A DNA stretch of 64,000 nucleotides, taken from the IMG/VR virus record IMGVR_UViG_3300022752_000020, positions 1 through 64,000 of that record, one strand, 5' to 3'. The notes beneath the pieces were generated by a model. The model made no database searches. It was not told the origin of the DNA and worked only from the letters and a program-made list of their open reading frames with translations. The position numbers and the translations under genes were made by a program. This DNA comes from a virus. This document shows, piece after piece, positions 39,801 through 51,201 of this stretch. Within the stretch, counting starts at the first letter, position 1; each line of letters begins with the position of its first letter.

Positions 39801-42800
39801 ATACCTTGAACACCCTGACTAGCTAATCTTTCCCAATAACCATCGTTATCTTGTGGTCCTGGAATTGCTGCTGGATCATTTATTCCTTTTGGAACTCCCT
39901 CGACTCCAGAATAACGTACTATCCAACTATTGCCGTCATAGAATACAACTTCGTTTTGGAAATATGTAGTATTAAAATCATAATATCCACGCCAAATGAC
40001 ACCAAATCCTTGGATACCTTGAACGCCCTGTACTCCCTGTACACCTTGAATACCTTGGGTACCTTGTACACCTTGTACACCTTGAATACCTTGAACGCCC
40101 TGTATACCCTGTACACCTTGGATACCTTGTAAGCCCTGTACACCTTGGATGCCTTGTACGCCTTGAACGCCCTGTATACCTTGAATGCCCTGTACACCTT
40201 GTACACCTTGTAAGCCCTGTACACCTTGGATGCCTTGTACGCCTTGAACGCCCTGTATACCTTGAATGCCCTGTATACCTTGATCGCCTTGTACACCCTG
40301 TACACCTTGAATACCCTGTACACCTTGAATACCTTGTGTACCTTGTATACCTTGTGTACCTTGTATACCTTGAAGGCCTTGGACGCCTTGTATACCCTGA
40401 ATACCTTGTACGCCTTGTACACCTTGTACGCCTTGTACACCTTGTACGCCTTGTACACCTTGGATACCTTGTACACCTTGTACGCCTTGTACACCTTGTA
40501 CGCCTTGTATACCCTGAATACCTTGTGTACCTTGTACACCTTGTACGCCTTGTACGCCTTGAACGCCTTGTACACCTTGTACACCTTGAACACCCTGTAC
40601 GCCTTGAACGCCTTGGACGCCTTGGACGCCTTGTGTACCTTGTACACCTTGGACGCCTTGTACACCTTGTACGCCTTGTACACCTTGGACACCTTGTACA
40701 CCTTGGACACCTTGTACACCTTGGACGCCTTGGATGCCTTGTACGCCTTGTACGCCTTGTACGCCCTGTACACCTTGTACACCTTGTACGCCTTGTACAC
40801 CTTGAACGCCTTGTACGCCTTGTACGCCTTGTAAACCTTGGGCAGTCATTCTAGCCCAATATGTGCTATTTAGAGTTCCTGGCTCTCCATATACTCCAAT
40901 AACCTCAGGTACCTCACCACTAAACTGACTTCCAGGTACATCATATGGATCAATTGGCCAAACAGCAATAAAACTAGTACCATTATAATAAACTACATCA
41001 TTTTGTTGGTACTGTGCAGCATTATTATAAATGCCTTTCCATACAATACTAAAGCCTTGAATACCTTGAACGCCCTGTACACCTTGGACTCCTTGGACTC
41101 CTTGGATACCTTGCAATCCTTGGACACCCTGTATACCCTGTACACCTTGTACACCCTGAGCAGCAATGATATCCCAATCTGAACCTAATGTTACTGGAGG
41201 CAGATTTCCTAAATTATCCATAATTAAGGATACATAGGATTCCCCATTATATCTTACAGCATCATTCTTAGCATAAGATTCTGTTGGGACCCATTGACCA
41301 CGCCAATTAAATCCAAGACCTTGAATACCTTGTTGACCCTGTACACCCTGTACACCTTGAACGCCCTGCACACCTTGAACGCCCTGCACACCCTGTGTTC
41401 CTTGTACGCCTTGAACACCCTGTACGCCTTGAACACCTTGTATACCTTGTGTACCTTGGATACCTTGTTGTCCTAGTACACCTTGAATACCTTGTACACC
41501 TTGAACGCCTTGTAAACCTTGAATACCCTGTATACCTTGGTCACCCTGTACACCTTGTACGCCTTGTACGCCCTGTACACCTTGGATACCTTGGATGCCC
41601 TGTATACCTTGATCACCCTGTACACCTTGAACACCTTGAACACCTTGAACACCCTGTACACCTTGAATACCCTGTATTCCCTGTATACCTTGGTCACCCT
41701 GTACACCTTGAACACCCTGTACACCCTGTACACCTTGGATACCTTGAATACCTTGGATACCTTGATCACCCTGTACACCTTGTACACCTTGTACGCCTTG
41801 TACACCCTGTACACCCTGTACGCCTTGTACACCCTGTACGCCTTGTACACCCTGTACGCCCTGTACGCCTTGTACACCCTGTACGCCTTGAACGCCTTGA
41901 ACGCCTTGAACGCCTTGGACGCCTTGGACACCTTGTGCTGTCATGCGCTCCCAATAAGTATCATTTACATCGCCTGGACTAAATTCTGGAACTTGATTAC
42001 TAAACTTTCCATAAGGAGATGTTAGACTAATTGGATAAACAGCAATAAAACTATTACCGTCATAATAAACTACATCATTTTGTGAATACTCTACGTCTGG
42101 TTGCCAAATACCACGCCATGTAAAGCTAAAACCTTGAATACCCTGTACACCCTGTACGCCTTGTACGCCTTGTACACCTTGAACACCCTGTACACCTTGG
42201 ATACCTTGTACACCTTGGATACCTTGTACACCTTGTAAGCCCTGTACACCTTGAATACCTTGATCACCCTGTACACCCTGTACACCCTGCACACCCTGTA
42301 TACCCTGTACACCCTGTACACCCTGTACACCCTGTACACCTTGGATACCTTGGATACCTTGGATACCTTGGATACCTTGGATACCTTGGATACCTTGATC
42401 ACCTTGGACACCTTGTACACCCTGTATGCCTTGTATGCCTTGGATACCTTGGATACCTTGAATACCCTGAATACCTTGATCGCCCTGTACACCTTGAACG
42501 CCTTGGACACCTTGAATACCCTGAATACCTTGGATACCTTGGATACCTTGATCACCCTGTACACCCTGTACACCCTGTACACCCTGTACACCCTGTACAC
42601 CTTGGATACCTTGAATACCTTGGATACCTTGGATACCTTGATCACCCTGTACGCCTTGTACTCCTTGTACACCCTGTACTCCTTGTACACCCTGTATACC
42701 TTGAATACCCTGAATACCTTGATCGCCCTGTACACCCTGTACACCCTGTACACCTTGTACACCCTGTACACCCTGTACACCCTGTACACCCTGTACACCT

Positions 42801-45800
42801 TGTACACCTTGTACACCCTGTACACCTTGGATACCTTGAATACCTTGGGTACCTTGGATACCTTGTATACCTTGAACAGCTAACCTATTCCAGTAAGTAT
42901 CATTTAATGTACCTGGCTCACCATTATTTCCTATGTATTCTGGAACTTGACCACTAAATTTACTACCTTCTAGGTCATAAAAATCAATTGGATATACAGC
43001 AATATAACTACTACCATTAAAATAGACTACATCATTTTGTTGATATGAAGCTGTAGAATCGTAAGGACCTTTCCATACTAGGCTAAAACCTTGGATACCT
43101 TGGACACCTTGAACGCCCTGTACTCCCTGTACACCTTGAATACCTTGGGTACCTTGAATGCCTTGAATACCTTGGATACCTTGGATACCTTGGATACCTT
43201 GAATACCTTGATCACCTTGGACACCTTGAACGCCCTGTACGCCCTGTACGCCCTGTACACCTTGTATGCCTTGAATACCTTGAACACCCTGTACACCTTG
43301 AATACCTTGAACACCCTGTACACCCTGTACACCTTGAATACCTTGGATGCCCTGTATACCTTGATCACCCTGTACACCTTGTACACCTTGAATACCTTGG
43401 ATGCCCTGTATACCTTGGATGCCCTGTATACCTTGATCACCCTGTACGCCTTGTACGCCCTGTACGCCTTGTACGCCCTGTATACCTTGGATGCCCTGTA
43501 TACCTTGATCGCCTTGTACACCCTGTACACCTTGGACACCTTGGACACCCTGAATACCTTGGATTCCCTGTACACCTTGTACGCCTTGTACGCCCTGCAC
43601 ACCTTGGATACCTTGTACACCTTGTACACCTTGTACACCTTGTACACCTTGTACGCCTTGGATACCTTGTATACCTTGATCACCTTGGACGCCTTGAACA
43701 CCTTGAACGCCTTGTACGCCTTGAACACCTTGAACGCCTTGTACACCTTGTACACCTTGTACGCCTTGTACACCTTGTACGCCTTGTACACCTTGTACAC
43801 CTTGTACACCCTGTAGACCTTGGATACCCTGTGCGGTCATCCTATTCCAGTATGTTGTATTAACTACTCCTGGATAGCCTGCTCCTGGTTCGCTTAATAA
43901 TGGACGAGTAGCCTCGCCACTAAATGTGTTGTTTACATCACCTGTGATGGCAATAAATGTATTACCATCATAGTAAACCATATCATCTGTTGAATACTTC
44001 TCAGTTGGACTCCAATCACCTTTCCAAACTGGGCCACGACCTTGGATACCTTGGACACCTTGAATACCTTGAATACCCTGTAATCCTTGAATACCCTGAA
44101 TACCCTGTACACCTTGAATACCTTGATCGCCTTGTATGCCTTGTACACCCTGTATACCTTGAATGCCTTGTACACCTTGAATGCCTTGTACACCCTGTAC
44201 ACCTTGAATACCTTGTACGCCTTGTATACCCTGTACACCTTGTATACCTTGATCACCCTGTACACCTTGAACGCCCTGTATACCTTGAACACCCTGTACA
44301 CCCTGTACACCCTGTACACCTTGAACACCCTGTACACCTTGAATGCCTTGTATACCCTGTACGCCTTGTATACCTTGATCACCCTGTACACCCTGTACAC
44401 CTTGTACGCCTTGTACACCTTGAATACCTTGTATACCCTGTACGCCTTGTATACCTTGATCGCCTTGGACGCCCTGTACACCTTGGACGCCCTGTACACC
44501 TTGAATACCTTGGATGCCCTGAATACCTTGTATACCTTGATCGCCTTGGACGCCCTGTACACCTTGGACGCCCTGTACACCTTGAATACCTTGGATGCCC
44601 TGAATACCTTGTATACCTTGATCGCCTTGGACGCCCTGTACACCTTGTACGCCTTGCACACCTTGTACACCTTGTACACCTTGTACACCTTGTACGCCTT
44701 GAACTCCTTGTACACCTTGTACACCTTGCAAGCCCTGTATACCTTGACTTACAATCATATCCCAAGCACGAGGATCAAAAACTAGATCTGGTTGTTTACC
44801 TATATTACCATCATATAAGCTATTGTAAGCACTACCATTATAAAATACGGCATCGTTCGTAAAGTAGGTTGCTGTTGGATCCCAAACACCTTTCCAGTTA
44901 AATCCAAGACCCTGAATACCCTGTATACCTTGTATACCCTGTATACCTTGTGTACCTTGAATACCCTGGATACCTTGGATGCCCTGTATACCTTGATCGC
45001 CTTGGACACCCTGTACACCCTGTACACCCTGTACACCCTGTACACCCTGTACACCCTGTACACCCTGTACACCTTGTACGCCCTGTATACCTTGAATACC
45101 CTGTACACCTTGTATACCTTGATCGCCTTGGACGCCCTGTACACCCTGCACACCCTGCACACCCTGTATACCTTGTATACCTTGGATACCCTGTATACCT
45201 TGATCGCCTTGGACGCCCTGTACACCCTGTACACCTTGAACACCCTGTACACCTTGAACACCCTGTACACCCTGTACACCTTGAACGCCCTGTACGCCTT
45301 GCACGCCCTGTACACCCTGTACACCTTGAACGCCCTGTACACCCTGTACACCTTGCAAGCCTTGAATACCTTGGCTTGCTAATAGTTCCCAATATGTGTC
45401 ATTATATTCTGGGCCTGGTACCGTTGTTGGGTCTTGTATTCCAGGAGTAAGACCATCCACATCCTTGTTAATAACAATCCAACTTGCACCGTTGTAGAAT
45501 ACTACCTCATTTTGATAATACCTTGTATTAAAGTCATATTGGCCTCGCCAAATTAGACCAAAACCTTGAATACCTTGAATACCTTGAATACCTTGTACGC
45601 CTTGTATTCCCTGTTGACCTTGAACGCCCTGTACACCTTGTACACCTTGTACACCTTGAACGCCCTGTACACCTTGTACACCTTGTACGCCTTGTACGCC
45701 TTGTACGCCTTGTACGCCTTGTACACCTTGTACACCTTGTACACCTTGTACACCTTGTACGCCTTGTACGCCTTGAATACCTTGGGCACTCATTAATGAC

Positions 45801-47290
45801 CAATGAGCATCCTCTGTCACTGGCCATTCTGGTGGTTCATTATTGAAATTGTTATCGTGTAAACTAATCCAGCTGCTACCTCTGTGGTAAACAACATGAT
45901 TAGTGTAATATGCTACATTTGGATACCACTGACCTTGCCATAAAATACTGAAACCTTGGATACCCTGTATACCCTGTATACCTTGTACGCCTTGAATACC
46001 CTGTATACCTTGTATACCTTGATCACCTTGTATACCCTGTACACCCTGTACACCCTGTACGCCTTGTACACCTTGGACTCCTTGTACACCCTGTACGCCT
46101 TGTATACCTTGTACACCCTGTACGCCTTGTATACCTTGTACACCCTGAGCAGCAACAATATCCCAATCTGTTCCAAGATATAAATCAGGTTGTTTGCCTT
46201 GATTAAATCTTGTCAAACTTACATAACTGAAACCATTATAGTAAACGGTATGATTTATATCATAGACACCATCTACGCTCCAAGTGCCTTTCCATTGGAA
46301 GCCAACACCTTGAATACCCTGTACGCCTTGTACGCCTTGTACACCTTGTATGCCTTGTACGCCCTGTACACCTTGAACGCCTTGGATACCCTGACTGGTC
46401 GATTTTTCCCAATTATTACTACCAAAATATGGTCTATTATTAATATTATTATCAGTGATACTTACCCAGCTACCACCATCATAATAAACCATATCTCCAA
46501 TAAAATATTCAGCAGTAGGAGCCCAGTATCCTTTCCATAAAATACTGCGTCCTTGAATACCTTGAATACCCTGGATACCTTGTAAGCCTAAGTCACCCTG
46601 TAAACCCTGTGTACCTTGTGGTCCCTGTGGTCCCTGTGGTCCTAAGCGACCTTGTATACCTTGAATACCCTGTGGTCCTTGGGCTGTCATTATCTGCCAA
46701 TAAGCACTACCTACAAATGGAGCAGGTTGTCCTTGATTGGGCTGTAGAGCTACCCATGATCCACCATTATAATATACAACATCATTAAAGCTATATGTTT
46801 CGCCTGCTTGCCAAAGACCACGCCATACAAAGCCTAAACCTTGAATACCTTGTTGACCTTGTATACCTTGACGACCTTGAATACCTTGTGGACCAAGACC
46901 ACCTTGTATACCCTGTATACCCTGTATACCCTGTATACCCTGTAGACCACCACCACTAGTAATAGCAGCATAACCAGCTTGTGGACTGGAAAATACAACA
47001 CGAATATTACCAGCATCCAAAAATTCAATATATGGACTTCCTGGTAAACCCTCTCTTATACTTTGTTTATTAAGATCGCTGAGTTGTACAACAACAATTT
47101 CAGCGCCTAATCGATGATTAATTTCCCATACTGTAGCAGCAGTAAGTTGTTTGTGTAGGAAGAATCCACCAACAGCACTATCACCTTGGAGACCTTGAGC
47201 ACCTTGGGCTCCTTTTTCTCCAATCATTACGGAGCGCCAACCGTCTTGGACTCCTTGTATGCCTTGGAAATATCGCTTTAGTACACTCAT
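27845..47290 (-). CDS. Giant collagen-like (Gly-X-Gln) fibre protein with CBM5/12-like beads
   Basis: 6481-aa uninterrupted ORF. GVQ/GIQ/GQQ tracts are separated by 24 WxGxW/Y..Y..NDxVxYxGxS(W/Y) modules and 7 domains of about 128 aa. AGGAG SD for the downstream gene follows the stop. Confidence 0.9.
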   Translation of the reverse strand: MSVLKRYFQGIQGVQDGWRSVMIGEKGAQGAQGLQGDSAVGGFFLHKQLTAATVWEINHRLGAEIVVVQLSDLNKQSIREGLPGSPYIEFLDAGNIRVVFSSPQAGYAAITSGGGLQGIQGIQGIQGIQGGLGPQGIQGRQGIQGQQGIQGLGFVWRGLWQAGETYSFNDVVYYNGGSWVALQPNQGQPAPFVGSAYWQIMTAQGPQGIQGIQGRLGPQGPQGPQGTQGLQGDLGLQGIQGIQGIQGRSILWKGYWAPTAEYFIGDMVYYDGGSWVSITDNNINNRPYFGSNNWEKSTSQGIQGVQGVQGVQGIQGVQGVQGVQGIQGVGFQWKGTWSVDGVYDINHTVYYNGFSYVSLTRFNQGKQPDLYLGTDWDIVAAQGVQGIQGVQGVQGIQGVQGVQGVQGVQGVQGVQGVQGIQGDQGIQGIQGIQGVQGIQGIQGIQGFSILWQGQWYPNVAYYTNHVVYHRGSSWISLHDNNFNNEPPEWPVTEDAHWSLMSAQGIQGVQGVQGVQGVQGVQGVQGVQGVQGVQGVQGVQGVQGVQGVQGVQGVQGVQGQQGIQGVQGIQGIQGIQGFGLIWRGQYDFNTRYYQNEVVFYNGASWIVINKDVDGLTPGIQDPTTVPGPEYNDTYWELLASQGIQGLQGVQGVQGVQGVQGVQGVQGVQGVQGVQGVQGVQGVQGVQGVQGVQGVQGDQGIQGIQGIQGIQGVQGVQGVQGVQGDQGIQGVQGIQGIQGVQGVQGVQGVQGVQGVQGVQGVQGVQGDQGIQGIQGIQGIQGTQGIQGIQGIQGIQGLGFNWKGVWDPTATYFTNDAVFYNGSAYNSLYDGNIGKQPDLVFDPRAWDMIVSQGIQGLQGVQGVQGVQGVQGVQGVQGVQGVQGVQGVQGVQGDQGIQGIQGIQGIQGVQGVQGVQGVQGDQGIQGIQGIQGIQGVQGVQGVQGVQGDQGIQGVQGIQGIQGVQGVQGVQGVQGDQGIQGVQGIQGIQGVQGVQGVQGVQGVQGVQGIQGVQGVQGDQGIQGVQGIQGVQGIQGVQGVQGIQGVQGIQGIQGVQGIQGDQGIQGVQGIQGIQGLQGIQGIQGVQGIQGRGPVWKGDWSPTEKYSTDDMVYYDGNTFIAITGDVNNTFSGEATRPLLSEPGAGYPGVVNTTYWNRMTAQGIQGLQGVQGVQGVQGVQGVQGVQGVQGVQGVQGVQGVQGVQGVQGVQGDQGIQGIQGVQGVQGVQGVQGVQGIQGVQGVQGVQGVQGIQGIQGVQGVQGVQGVQGDQGIQGIQGIQGVQGVQGVQGVQGDQGIQGIQGIQGIQGIQGVQGVQGDQGIQGIQGIQGVQGVQGVQGIQGVQGVQGIQGIQGVQGVQGVQGVQGVQGDQGIQGIQGIQGIQGIQGIQGTQGIQGVQGVQGVQGVQGIQGFSLVWKGPYDSTASYQQNDVVYFNGSSYIAVYPIDFYDLEGSKFSGQVPEYIGNNGEPGTLNDTYWNRLAVQGIQGIQGTQGIQGIQGVQGVQGVQGVQGVQGVQGVQGVQGVQGVQGVQGDQGIQGIQGIQGVQGVQGVQGVQGVQGDQGIQGIQGIQGIQGVQGVQGVQGVQGVQGDQGIQGIQGIQGIQGVQGVQGVQGDQGIQGIQGIQGIQGIQGIQGVQGVQGDQGIQGIQGIQGIQGIQGIQGVQGVQGVQGVQGIQGVQGVQGVQGDQGIQGVQGLQGVQGIQGVQGIQGVQGVQGVQGVQGVQGVQGIQGFSFTWRGIWQPDVEYSQNDVVYYDGNSFIAVYPISLTSPYGKFSNQVPEFSPGDVNDTYWERMTAQGVQGVQGVQGVQGVQGVQGVQGVQGVQGVQGVQGVQGVQGVQGVQGVQGVQGVQGDQGIQGIQGIQGVQGVQGVQGVQGDQGIQGIQGIQGVQGVQGVQGVQGVQGDQGIQGIQGIQGVQGVQGVQGVQGDQGIQGIQGLQGVQGVQGIQGVLGQQGIQGTQGIQGVQGVQGVQGVQGTQGVQGVQGVQGVQGVQGVQGQQGIQGLGFNWRGQWVPTESYAKNDAVRYNGESYVSLIMDNLGNLPPVTLGSDWDIIAAQGVQGVQGIQGVQGLQGIQGVQGVQGVQGVQGIQGFSIVWKGIYNNAAQYQQNDVVYYNGTSFIAVWPIDPYDVPGSQFSGEVPEVIGVYGEPGTLNSTYWARMTAQGLQGVQGVQGVQGVQGVQGVQGVQGVQGVQGVQGIQGVQGVQGVQGVQGVQGVQGVQGVQGVQGVQGTQGVQGVQGVQGVQGVQGVQGVQGVQGVQGVQGVQGTQGIQGIQGVQGVQGVQGVQGIQGVQGVQGVQGVQGVQGVQGIQGIQGVQGLQGIQGTQGIQGTQGIQGVQGIQGVQGVQGDQGIQGIQGIQGVQGVQGIQGVQGLQGVQGVQGIQGIQGVQGVQGIQGVQGLQGIQGVQGIQGVQGIQGVQGVQGTQGIQGVQGVQGVQGIQGFGVIWRGYYDFNTTYFQNEVVFYDGNSWIVRYSGVEGVPKGINDPAAIPGPQDNDGYWERLASQGVQGIQGVQGIQGVQGVQGVQGVQGVQGIQGVQGVQGVQGDQGIQGIQGIQGIQGVQGVQGVQGVQGVQGVQGVQGDQGIQGIQGIQGIQGVQGVQGVQGDQGIQGIQGIQGIQGVQGLQGVQGLQGVQGIQGIQGVQGVQGVQGVQGVQGDQGIQGVQGIQGIQGVQGVQGVQGDQGIQGIQGIQGIQGVQGVQGVQGVQGVQGVQGVQGIQGVQGQQGIQGGGVTWRGMYDVTKEYIKNDAVFYNGSSWISVSETVNLGNIPTVGSTVWDTLASQGIQGIQGIQGIQGIQGIQGVQGVQGVQGDQGIQGIQGIQGIQGVQGVQGVQGVQGDQGIQGIQGIQGVQGVQGVQGVQGVQGVQGIQGVQGVQGVQGVQGVQGVQGVQGVQGVQGVQGVQGVQGVQGDQGIQGIQGIQGIQGVQGVQGVQGVQGLQGVQGVQGVQGVQGVQGRQGIQGVQGVQGVQGVQGVQGVQGVQGVQGVQGVQGVQGVQGVQGIQGVGITWRGDWLANLSYTINDVVYYSGGSYIAIQSNNLGNIPLTSLTYWNQVSAQGIQGVQGVQGIQGIQGVQGVQGVQGVQGVQGVQGVQGVQGVQGVQGVQGVQGVQGVQGVQGRQGVQGVQGVQGIQGVQGVQGVQGVQGVQGVQGVQGIQGFSILWRGIYNSTTTYNFNDVVSYKGSSWIGVSTLGSWNGQEPTLDNTAYWNLMSSQGLQGVQGVQGVQGVQGVQGVQGVQGVQGVQGVQGVQGVQGVQGTQGIQGIQGVQGVQGNQGVQGVQGVQGVQGVQGIQGVQGVQGVQGVQGVQGVQGLQGVQGVQGVQGVQGVQGNQGIQGVQGIQGIQGVQGVQGVQGVQGVQGVQGVQGVQGVQGVQGVQGVQGVQGTQGVQGVQGVQGTQGIQGIQGIQGVQGFQGTKGEGFTFLGEWSSISRYIKNDSVYYNGSAYTSTYGDETYTGGAYVNVGQIPGQTVPLSNVSLTGNGQFSCNPVDIYKSEIIRVSGIVPVGFTIENPDSPALAPTFYAAGDKIDNDYYVIDYPNNPTTTFSLGRSQFAVASILTTGTGSLTGLTFKAVPWLIISAQGVQGIQGIQGIQGIQGIQGIQGVQGVQGVQGVQGVQGTQGIQGIQGVQGIQGIQGTQGIQGVQGIQGIIGTPGGYTANYAWSNSTAIGDPGVGNVTIERAWTDQTGGQVYVNLDKYDADGQDRAAWVNSIKFFGSSSSYFGVITIMPEGATLQRWTGVITTVFDYASYFRLQLTFVDSAGTPPIVGQKLGISFQPAGQQGIQGVQGVQGVQGVQGVQGVQGVQGVQGVQGVQGVQGVQGVQGIQGVQGVQGVQGVQGRQGIQGVQGVQGVQGVQGVQGVQGVQGVQGVQGVQGVQGVQGVQGTQGVQGVQGVQGTQGIQGIQGIQGVQGVQGRQGVQGVQGTQGIQGIQGVQGVQGVQGLQGVQGTQGIQGVQGVQGVQGVQGVQGVQGVQGVQGVQGTQGIQGIQGFGLVFKGNWTTSGSYAQNDIVFYDGAAFVAVYPYTNGSFGNTSTTLNGALTAGSTSIVLTDASLFPSSGQVVIDNEYVTYTTKTSNTLSGLTRAADGTVAASHNNGATVWLNTRPSIYNAGTKQLIVNTTYWNQLTSQGIQGIQGVQGVQGVQGVQGVQGVQGAQGVQGVQGVQGVQGVQGVQGIQGLSFTWRGTYVNNYDYTQNDVVYYDGSSYVVVYPFSSGTFRGDISTTLSAAITTINQSTITLTSVVGFPTSGVIRVASAASIDSMPATAERMLYNGIVGNTLTITTRGYQGTTASTHSNGARVLLDTRPAYGTPNTSGFYVNTTYWNQLTTQGVQGVQGVQGVQGVQGVQGVQGVQGVQGVQGVQGVQGVQGVQGVQGVQGVQGVQGVQGVQGVQGRQGVQGVQGVQGVQGVQGVQGVQGVQGVQGVQGQQGIQGSGFKWRGVWKPENDYAVSDMVSHLGSTYVSLSQYTPQLLANVSILSSGQISFDNPTSAAAVGQVLYGINTKTGTGVLQGYSSTGVIYYVKTAAVNTPSAGRTTVTLSLTAPRTNLTGTLTGTTITGLASTTLLYAGMVLTKTSGTGVFNGAPTIVSVDSATQITISTSATTNGAITFRADGATITSTAGTSTGISFYLPTYVPNYHTSTIYNAIGPSPESDLERWELAGSQGIQGIQGVQGVQGVQGVQGVQGVQGVQGVQGVQGVQGVQGVQGIQGVQGVQGVQGVQGVQGIQGLGVTYRGIFNTSTTYTQNDIVFYDGASYIAVYPFSNGSFSSTSTTLNGAITASSTSIVLTNASAFPSSGQIVIDNEYITYTSKSVNTLNGLTRGASSTIAASHSNGATVFFNIRPAVFDNVNKTLIINSTYWSQMTSQGIQGIQGVQGVQGVQGVQGVQGVQGVQGVQGVQGVQGVQGIQGIQGFGVTWKGNWSSYTTTFAATVYAVNDMVFYQGTSWICVTAHTSTNNANTATGYPQSSSTSWQQISSQGIQGQQGIQGIQGQQGIQGQQGIQGIYGTAGGYSQDWLFDSSSTAAGTTANKVRISTSWTAGTNFVVYLNNSNADGNTTTSWLSSLSGFGTSSSYFGTLSLFVNGDPTKRLIGRVTAVSNQTTYYAVTCTYIETDGTAPALDTRLSVAFAPAGQQGIQGVQGQQGIQGQQGIQGIVGSPGGYSSNWLFSTATDTTGMTATQVRLGRAWATTTAGSTSIYVHTTNADSNDNTNFLASLSGFGTSSSYFGTVSLFVEKDPARRWIGRLTAVSVASSIYTLTVSYIETDGTAPSANERLVLSFAPAGQQGIQGIQGQQGIQGQQGIQGFGVTWKGNWSSYTTTFAATAYAVNDMVFYQGTSWICVTAHTSTNNANTATGYPQSSSTSWQQISSQGIQGIQGQQGIQGIQGQQGIQGQQGIQGIVGSPGGYSSNWLFSTATDTTGMTATQVRLGRAWATTTAGSTSIYVHTTNADSNDNTNFLASLSGFGTSSSYFGTVSLFVEKDPARRWIGRLTAVSVASSIYTLTVSYIETDGTAPSANERLVLSFAPAGQQGIQGIQGQQGIQGQQGIQGQQGIQGQQGIQGQQGIQGIQGFGVTWKGNWSSYTTTFAATAYAVNDMVFYQGTSWICVTAHTSTNNANTATGYPQSSSTSWQQISSQGIQGIYGTAGGYSQDWLFDSSSTAAGTTANKVRISTSWTAGTNFSVYLNNSNADGNTTTSWLSSLSGFGTSSSYFGTLSLFVNGDPTKRLIGRVTAVSNQTTYYAVTCTFIETDGTAPALDTRMSVAFAPAGQQGIQGIQGQQGIQGTQGQQGIQGQQGIQGQQGIQGQQGIQGQQGIQGIYGTAGGYSQDWLFDSSSTAAGTTANKVRISTSWTAGTNFSVYLNNSNADGNTTTSWLSSLSGFGTSSSYFGTLSLFVNGDPTKRLIGRVTAVSNQTTYYAVTCTFIETDGTAPALDTRMSVAFAPAGQQGIQGIQGQQGIQGQQGIQGQQGIQGQQGIQGQQGIQGIQGFGVTWKGVWSNYTTTFAATAYAVNDMVFYQGTSYICKVAHTSTNGSGATGTPNQSANWDQISSQGIQGIQGIQGQQGIQGQQGIQGQQGIQGQQGIQGQQGIQGIQGQQGIQGQQGIQGQQGIQGQQGIQGQQGIQGRQGIQGIVGTAGGNSKPYLWDAGNTVVDPGASDVALGRAWTTTGTSTTINISATDADGNASATWLSSFTNYGTANSYHGTVTLTAEGNPGVRWIGTLTAVTNNTTWYSLSVTFVDTDGSSPTAGQRVIVTFDPAGQQGIQGIQGQQGIQGRQGIQGTQGQQGIQGQQGTQGIQGQQGTQGIQGTQGQQGIQGQQGTQGTQGQQGIQGQQGTQGQQGIQGQQGTQGQQGIQGQQGTQGIQGQQGTQGIQGQQGTQGSQGTQGQQGIQGQQGIQGRQGIQGTQGQQGIQGTQGQQGIQGQQGIQGFQGYYGATGAQGTTGDTGLQGLPGPQGTDGTQGSTGAQGSTGAQGIDGTIGTLSLATFKSVVAASADFADFQSRVAQL
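27940..46945. repeat. Interrupted 9-bp microsatellite-like coding repeat (consensus CCTTGTACA)
   Basis: Encodes the Gly-X-Gln triplets; higher-order units occur, e.g. an 81-bp period at 44461/44542/44623. Confidence 0.95.
29531..32623. repeat. Near-identical dispersed cassettes within the collagen-like gene
   Basis: A (about 384 bp): 29531, 30059, 31967. B (about 390 bp): 30779, 31514. C (about 200 bp): 30451, 31251, 32423. Confidence 0.9.
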
Positions 47291-47523
47291 CTGCTATTTC
47301 TACCACTACTGTCCAAAGCAAGGCGAGTTATATCGTTGTTAGGCCAATAGTGTGAAGAAAATAGCTCGTTAAATTTTATTTGTAGTATGCTATCGACATC
47401 ATATTTTACTGGCTTACAGTAAAAAATATTCTCGTAATTGTTATCTAATAGAGTTAAAGGATCCTGAACATAGTTAAAACCTATGTCTATGGGCATTAAA
47501 CCAATGTTCCAGCGCAACGTCAT
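47287..47523 (-). CDS. Small hypothetical protein coupled to the giant fibre gene
   Basis: 78 aa with an AAGGG SD, an ATGA overlap with the 6481-aa gene and GATAAATA at 47559-47566; no recognisable motif. Confidence 0.45.
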   Translation of the reverse strand: MTLRWNIGLMPIDIGFNYVQDPLTLLDNNYENIFYCKPVKYDVDSILQIKFNELFSSHYWPNNDITRLALDSSGRNSR

Positions 47524-47535
47524 CGTCGTCGTCCC

Positions 47536-48945
47536 TTAAGTCTCGTAGATATCCAAAGTATTTATCGCTACCAACCATTTGATAGTTTTATCTGGATCAC
47601 CTCCACTTAATTTGGAAGGACCCTTAACTAATATTTTAATCGATCCATTAGAAGTGTCTGCTTCAGCTTTTACTGCCCAACTATAAGTTCTTTGATCAGC
47701 AGGTGTAAGATATTTATCAGCAGTACCTGTACCAGTACCCACTGTACTGTTAGCTGTAAACACTGTACCTACTAAGTAGTCCCTTGTTTCACCATCTGTG
47801 CTTAATGCAGCCCAGTTGGTTCCAGTTCCTAATGTTTTGATTTTATATACGTTACCACTAATTAGTGATGTAGCTGCAACTGTTACTGTAGTTACTGTGG
47901 TCGTAGGTGACCCAGCAACTTTTTCCGTAATTGTGTTTCCTATAATAGCTGTTGTCGATGCATTGGCTCCTCTGGTTGCTAATAAATCTATGTTCCATAT
48001 GGCACTCTCTGTGCCGCCGTCTAACCTACCTGTTATGTTTACATTAATCTTATAGGTCGTATGATTAGATAGATAAAATCTATTTGTTACACTTGGTGGT
48101 AATCCATCTAATGTAACTTCTAATTCTTGACCATTTGTAGTACTGGTTCTTGCTAATAAACTTGTTTTTTCATATAAAGTATTAAAAGGATTATCTGGAT
48201 CATAATTATCACTGGTTAATGTATCAGTTGCATGTTGAGTAAATCTACTACCCTGTAGCCTAACTACACCATCTAATCTTGGCTGAATTATAACATCGCC
48301 TGTGTCAGGATCATCTGAACTATCTTTATTAACAGCAACAATAGTATTATCAATCAACTGTAAATTACCAAATTTACCTTGTTGTTGATCTGAAATACCT
48401 ACAAATCCAATATATCTATAACCTCTAACCCATATACTATTACCACCTAATCCATCTGGTATTACATTACTATTATTACCATTATCTAAATAATTAGTAA
48501 AATTAAGCACACCTGACATATAGTCAAAATAGTATGCACCTTTGTCATTAATACCAGCATCAAATATTTTAGTACCACTACTAGCAGGATTGCCTATAAA
48601 AACTTCAATTAAATACCCAGGGCCAAACTCTGGTGGAATCCAATTAGTGTATCTTGTAGCACCTGCTTTGGCTATCCATGTAGGGTAGATACCGCTAATA
48701 GGTGTTGTTGTATTATCTGCTATACATTCTATTGTACGATATTCAACTATATTAGGTACAGCAGCTGGAGCTGATGGTGGCTGTAAAATACTATTACTTT
48801 GAGTCCATACTGTGTCACCGCGGATCAGTGCTGGACTGGGTATAACCTCGTTGCTAGCACCTTTTAGTGTGTTAAAATCAGTCTTTGCTACACCAAATAG
48901 CTTTTTATATAAGAGGTCAACCTTCTGTTTATCAACAACAGCCAT
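47536..48945 (-). CDS. Putative virion structural / fibre-associated protein
   Basis: 469 aa; TAATG-coupled; carries an inserted G..YKIKTLG.TNW..GTVFTA module also found in the right-end giant protein. Confidence 0.65.
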   Translation of the reverse strand: MAVVDKQKVDLLYKKLFGVAKTDFNTLKGASNEVIPSPALIRGDTVWTQSNSILQPPSAPAAVPNIVEYRTIECIADNTTTPISGIYPTWIAKAGATRYTNWIPPEFGPGYLIEVFIGNPASSGTKIFDAGINDKGAYYFDYMSGVLNFTNYLDNGNNSNVIPDGLGGNSIWVRGYRYIGFVGISDQQQGKFGNLQLIDNTIVAVNKDSSDDPDTGDVIIQPRLDGVVRLQGSRFTQHATDTLTSDNYDPDNPFNTLYEKTSLLARTSTTNGQELEVTLDGLPPSVTNRFYLSNHTTYKINVNITGRLDGGTESAIWNIDLLATRGANASTTAIIGNTITEKVAGSPTTTVTTVTVAATSLISGNVYKIKTLGTGTNWAALSTDGETRDYLVGTVFTANSTVGTGTGTADKYLTPADQRTYSWAVKAEADTSNGSIKILVKGPSKLSGGDPDKTIKWLVAINTLDIYET

Positions 48946-51056
48946 TAGTTAGTTGCTCCTGATAGTGTTAATGCTGTTACAACATCACCTGCCTGTAGTT
49001 TAATCCTTATATATACTTCTTGTGTAGCTGTTCCACTGGTGCTCAATGTACCAAATGTACATGTTCTACTCTGTGTAACATTACTGCCTAAAGTGACTAC
49101 ACCGCCCAAGCTACAACCATTTGAGCCATTTCCACCTGTGCCTGTTCCAGGAACACCTGAACCAGCATATGGTTGATCCATTCTCAACCATCCATTTAAT
49201 CCGTTGTTTGTACCAATACCAGCTGGTACTGCTACCCATAATCCTCTGATAGTTCCAGTAATATTGATATTAAACTTACTAACAGCACCTCTTACAAAAG
49301 CAAAAGTAAAGTATTGATTTGCTGCTTGTCCGCTTCTATTTGGCCCTACTGGTAAAAATCCTGTGCTATAATCTGTAGCGTCATGCTTTAACACTGCTTG
49401 ATTACCTTGTCCTACCACTACAGCATCATAAGTTTCTATAGTACCTGACTGGCTGTTAAAGGCTGCTGCACTGGCTGTAAACGAAGGAGTATCACCGCTT
49501 CCTGGATTTACAATACGATATGCACTGGCACTTCCACTACCAAACCCCGCAGCAGCCGCTATATTAGTTTCTTCTATAGTATTTGTATTACTTGTTCCTG
49601 TTTTGAATAATACACCACCGCTAGGAGTAAAATTCTGTGTAGTTGAACCATAGCTATTAAGTGCTTGCAATGTTACAGGTGCGTTACTAAGTCCAACACC
49701 ACTTTTTACAGTAACAGTAGTTGATAAACTTAGTGTTGAACTAGCCAAATAGTTTCTTGGTAATGGGGTCGTTATCCCTGCACTAGTATAGGTCAATGGA
49801 GTTGGTGCGTTAAATGCTCCGCCGCCTCCGCTAGTTATAAATGTATCACTTACTGGGTACATGTCACCACTTAATTTGGCAATATCAAAACTTAGTGTAA
49901 ATGTTGTAGCATTTGCATAATGTGGAATTCCGCTACTATATGTTAATGTTGCTGATGTAGGAGTAAATGCTACATTAGTAAATTCTGGGCTACCTGGGGC
50001 ACTGGCATCATAATACCAAACTGCTGTGTTGGTTGTGCCTGTTGTTGCTGGGACTGTTTCTGGAAATAAATTATTATGTCTAATATATACTTCATTCCAG
50101 CCTTCTTGGACTGAACCTGATGCTGTAGCGTCAAATGTTTGCCAAAATAATGGACTTATTGCTGGTACTGCTATACGTGAATAATCCTGATCATCTGTAA
50201 TAACTAGATCACCATAAGTACCATTATCTGTTCCTAGTAAATATACAGCACTGCTTTCATTTTCACTCTCTTGTAAACCATCAGTGAATGTCTTATTTCC
50301 GCTAGCTACACCATTTTTCCATACTGTTATACTTCCTCTATCACCTGGTCCACAGTCCTGTATAGTACTAGATGTATATGTATTACTGCGTCTAGTCACA
50401 CTGACTACAGTTCCGCCTGCAACGCTTTTATTTTGTCCAGGTGTACGATCAGTTTGAGTAAAATTACACATTCTATAACTAGATACACCTAATATAGACA
50501 GTGTTTGACTATTACCATTTTTAAGTTTAGGGAAATTTGGAGGTGGTTTAGGTACGAGTTTACCCAATATAAAATTCATTTGTGCCATTCCTCTGCTTAC
50601 AGGTGTGGCTGTATTCATTGCTACTGCTCTACTTACTAGTCCTGGTTGATCTGGGTTTCCTATTTTTACACCCATAGCACTGTCAAATTTAACTAGACCA
50701 GTAGTTTGTAGGTCTCCAGCAGTGTCAAGTGTTATATCTTCGCCGTAGAATCTAGCTTCTATGCCCTGATCAGTTAATTGAATTCTTTCTGTATGAAATG
50801 CTTCTGCTTGAATTTGTCCAGTGGCTTGAAAATCGCCATTATCATCTATCTGTAGAGTATCACTCCAATAGCGTTTACCATATTTGTCTGTGAGCAGAAC
50901 ACGTCTGACATCTGCACTATCAGTGGTCTCTGGGACTCCTAGATCAGGTTCCGCTTCACTTAACTTTAAAAAGTCGTATCTTTGTTCACTGACTTCAGTG
51001 GGTTTGATCTTTTTGACACGGCCACTGAACAGTTCTACTCTTTGTTGTGCAGCCAT
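48945..51056 (-). CDS. Putative virion structural / fibre protein
   Basis: 703 aa, rich in Thr/Ser/Gly; N-terminus shared with the 326-aa neighbour; GGGAG SD. Confidence 0.7.
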   Translation of the reverse strand: MAAQQRVELFSGRVKKIKPTEVSEQRYDFLKLSEAEPDLGVPETTDSADVRRVLLTDKYGKRYWSDTLQIDDNGDFQATGQIQAEAFHTERIQLTDQGIEARFYGEDITLDTAGDLQTTGLVKFDSAMGVKIGNPDQPGLVSRAVAMNTATPVSRGMAQMNFILGKLVPKPPPNFPKLKNGNSQTLSILGVSSYRMCNFTQTDRTPGQNKSVAGGTVVSVTRRSNTYTSSTIQDCGPGDRGSITVWKNGVASGNKTFTDGLQESENESSAVYLLGTDNGTYGDLVITDDQDYSRIAVPAISPLFWQTFDATASGSVQEGWNEVYIRHNNLFPETVPATTGTTNTAVWYYDASAPGSPEFTNVAFTPTSATLTYSSGIPHYANATTFTLSFDIAKLSGDMYPVSDTFITSGGGGAFNAPTPLTYTSAGITTPLPRNYLASSTLSLSTTVTVKSGVGLSNAPVTLQALNSYGSTTQNFTPSGGVLFKTGTSNTNTIEETNIAAAAGFGSGSASAYRIVNPGSGDTPSFTASAAAFNSQSGTIETYDAVVVGQGNQAVLKHDATDYSTGFLPVGPNRSGQAANQYFTFAFVRGAVSKFNINITGTIRGLWVAVPAGIGTNNGLNGWLRMDQPYAGSGVPGTGTGGNGSNGCSLGGVVTLGSNVTQSRTCTFGTLSTSGTATQEVYIRIKLQAGDVVTALTLSGATN

Positions 51057-51084
51057 TTATCAAACTCCCACTCTATCAGTGCAT

Positions 51085-51118
51085 ACAAAAACGGGCCTAC
51101 TCAAAGACCCTTTTTTGC
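51085..51118. terminator. Bidirectional terminator-like hairpin
   Basis: Minus strand reads GCAAAAAA-GGGTCT-TTGAGT-AGGCCC-GTTTTTGT. Confidence 0.55.
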
Positions 51119-51201
51119 TCAAAATAATAGATTCAATACATTCATGGATCATTTTAACTCTTTGATTCAAAAGTCTTTACAGACTATTTAACAAATTTTG
51201 G

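Noticed and set aside
27940-46945. Repeat-spacer appearance suggesting a CRISPR array
   Set aside because: The repeats are degenerate 9-mers in variable-length tracts, the spacers are homologous in-frame protein modules, and no cas genes are present.
27943-47028. Dozens of alternative-frame and antisense ORFs (YKVYKV, TLYTLY, RCTRCT, VHLVHP)
   Set aside because: Shadow ORFs produced by the stop-poor 9-bp repeat; they have no SDs and end where the repeat tracts end.
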